A stretch of 64,000 nt of DNA from the human T2T-CHM13v2.0 reference genome, Homo sapiens: the NCBI RefSeq assembly GCF_009914755.1, contig NC_060931.1. One strand, written 5' to 3'. Position numbers and translations under genes: made by a program. Positions 62,288-64,000 of the stretch are shown here, piece by piece (the stretch's first letter is position 1; the number at the start of each line of letters is the position of its first letter). The notes under the pieces are model-generated. The model saw only the letters and a program-made list of their open reading frames with translations, was not told the origin of the DNA and did no database searches.

Positions 62288-62864
62288 TAGTTAGTTTTCA
62301 AAATTCACTTAACTTCCTTTAAGCATAAAAGGGAATTTATTGGAAGAGTCCTGGAGTATCACACAAAACCCAAGGCCAAGAACTACAGCCAGAGCTACGT
62401 GAAGGCCTGGAACCACGAAGTGAGTGCAAAACCTTCAAAAACCTATTCAAGAGGTTATTTCATCCTCACTTTTCTCTCTCTGACTCTCTCTCGCTTGGTC
62501 ATCTGGACTCTGCTTCTTTTTCCATATTTGATCCCTGCTGCTTTTTCTCTGTAGATCAGCTTTCGCTTCCTTGGCATGAGCAGCGACAAACATGGTGGCC
62601 ACAAAATGGTAGACTTTGCTGCCTAGTTTGATGGGGAGACTTGAGGATGTTCCAACACCCAATAGTTGGTGGATAAGCTGAGAAGACTGGGTTAGGAAAG
62701 TTGTGACATAGGCTGTGGCCAGGCCAGAGTCATGTGGTACCATTCCTGCTGTGGTTCATTTTAGCAGACAGGGATTTGGCTGTTAAGAAAAATTATCTCA
62801 GATTTGGACATAAGGCAAAAGGAGGGCCTTGTTTCTTTCAATGTCATGTTGGAGTGGTGTTTAA

Positions 62865-63180
<316 letters not shown>

Positions 63181-63238
63181 TCCCCCTCAGTGTTCTTTAA
63201 GTATCCAGGGGAATGTACCTTTATTTGACTCACTTTCA

Positions 63239-64000
<762 letters not shown>

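Overview
Primate, very likely human, genomic DNA. The gene content matches the SLC13A4/FAM180A locus, recalled as 7q33 and not verified here. Two genes lie head-to-tail on the minus strand. SLC13A4 (Na+/sulfate cotransporter NaS2) contributes coding exons 1 and 2 and continues off the left edge. FAM180A (orphan secreted protein, 173 aa) has its whole CDS here in three coding exons. The genes are only about 1.4 kb apart, with a CCAAT/GC-box promoter between them. From about 37 kb to the end the window is repeat-rich with no recognisable coding gene: Alu, L1, MIR, L2, MaLR/ERV LTRs, hAT MITEs and microsatellites. Almost all ORF-track entries are Alu or microsatellite artefacts. The best-supported unusual observations are (1) a TSD-flanked young-L1 3' transduction of about 400 bp into a MIR upstream of FAM180A and (2) a roughly 276-bp direct repeat bracketing FAM180A exon 3. 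The main hypotheses are (3) a phase-compatible FAM180A-SLC13A4 read-through fusion, (4) hidden splice sites on both strands between the genes, (5) a 3'UTR and inverted-Alu layout predicting NMD, editing or circRNA, and (6) a furin site in FAM180A. I found no clear-cut new multi-gene system. Repeat subfamily names are from recall, and their boundaries are approximate.
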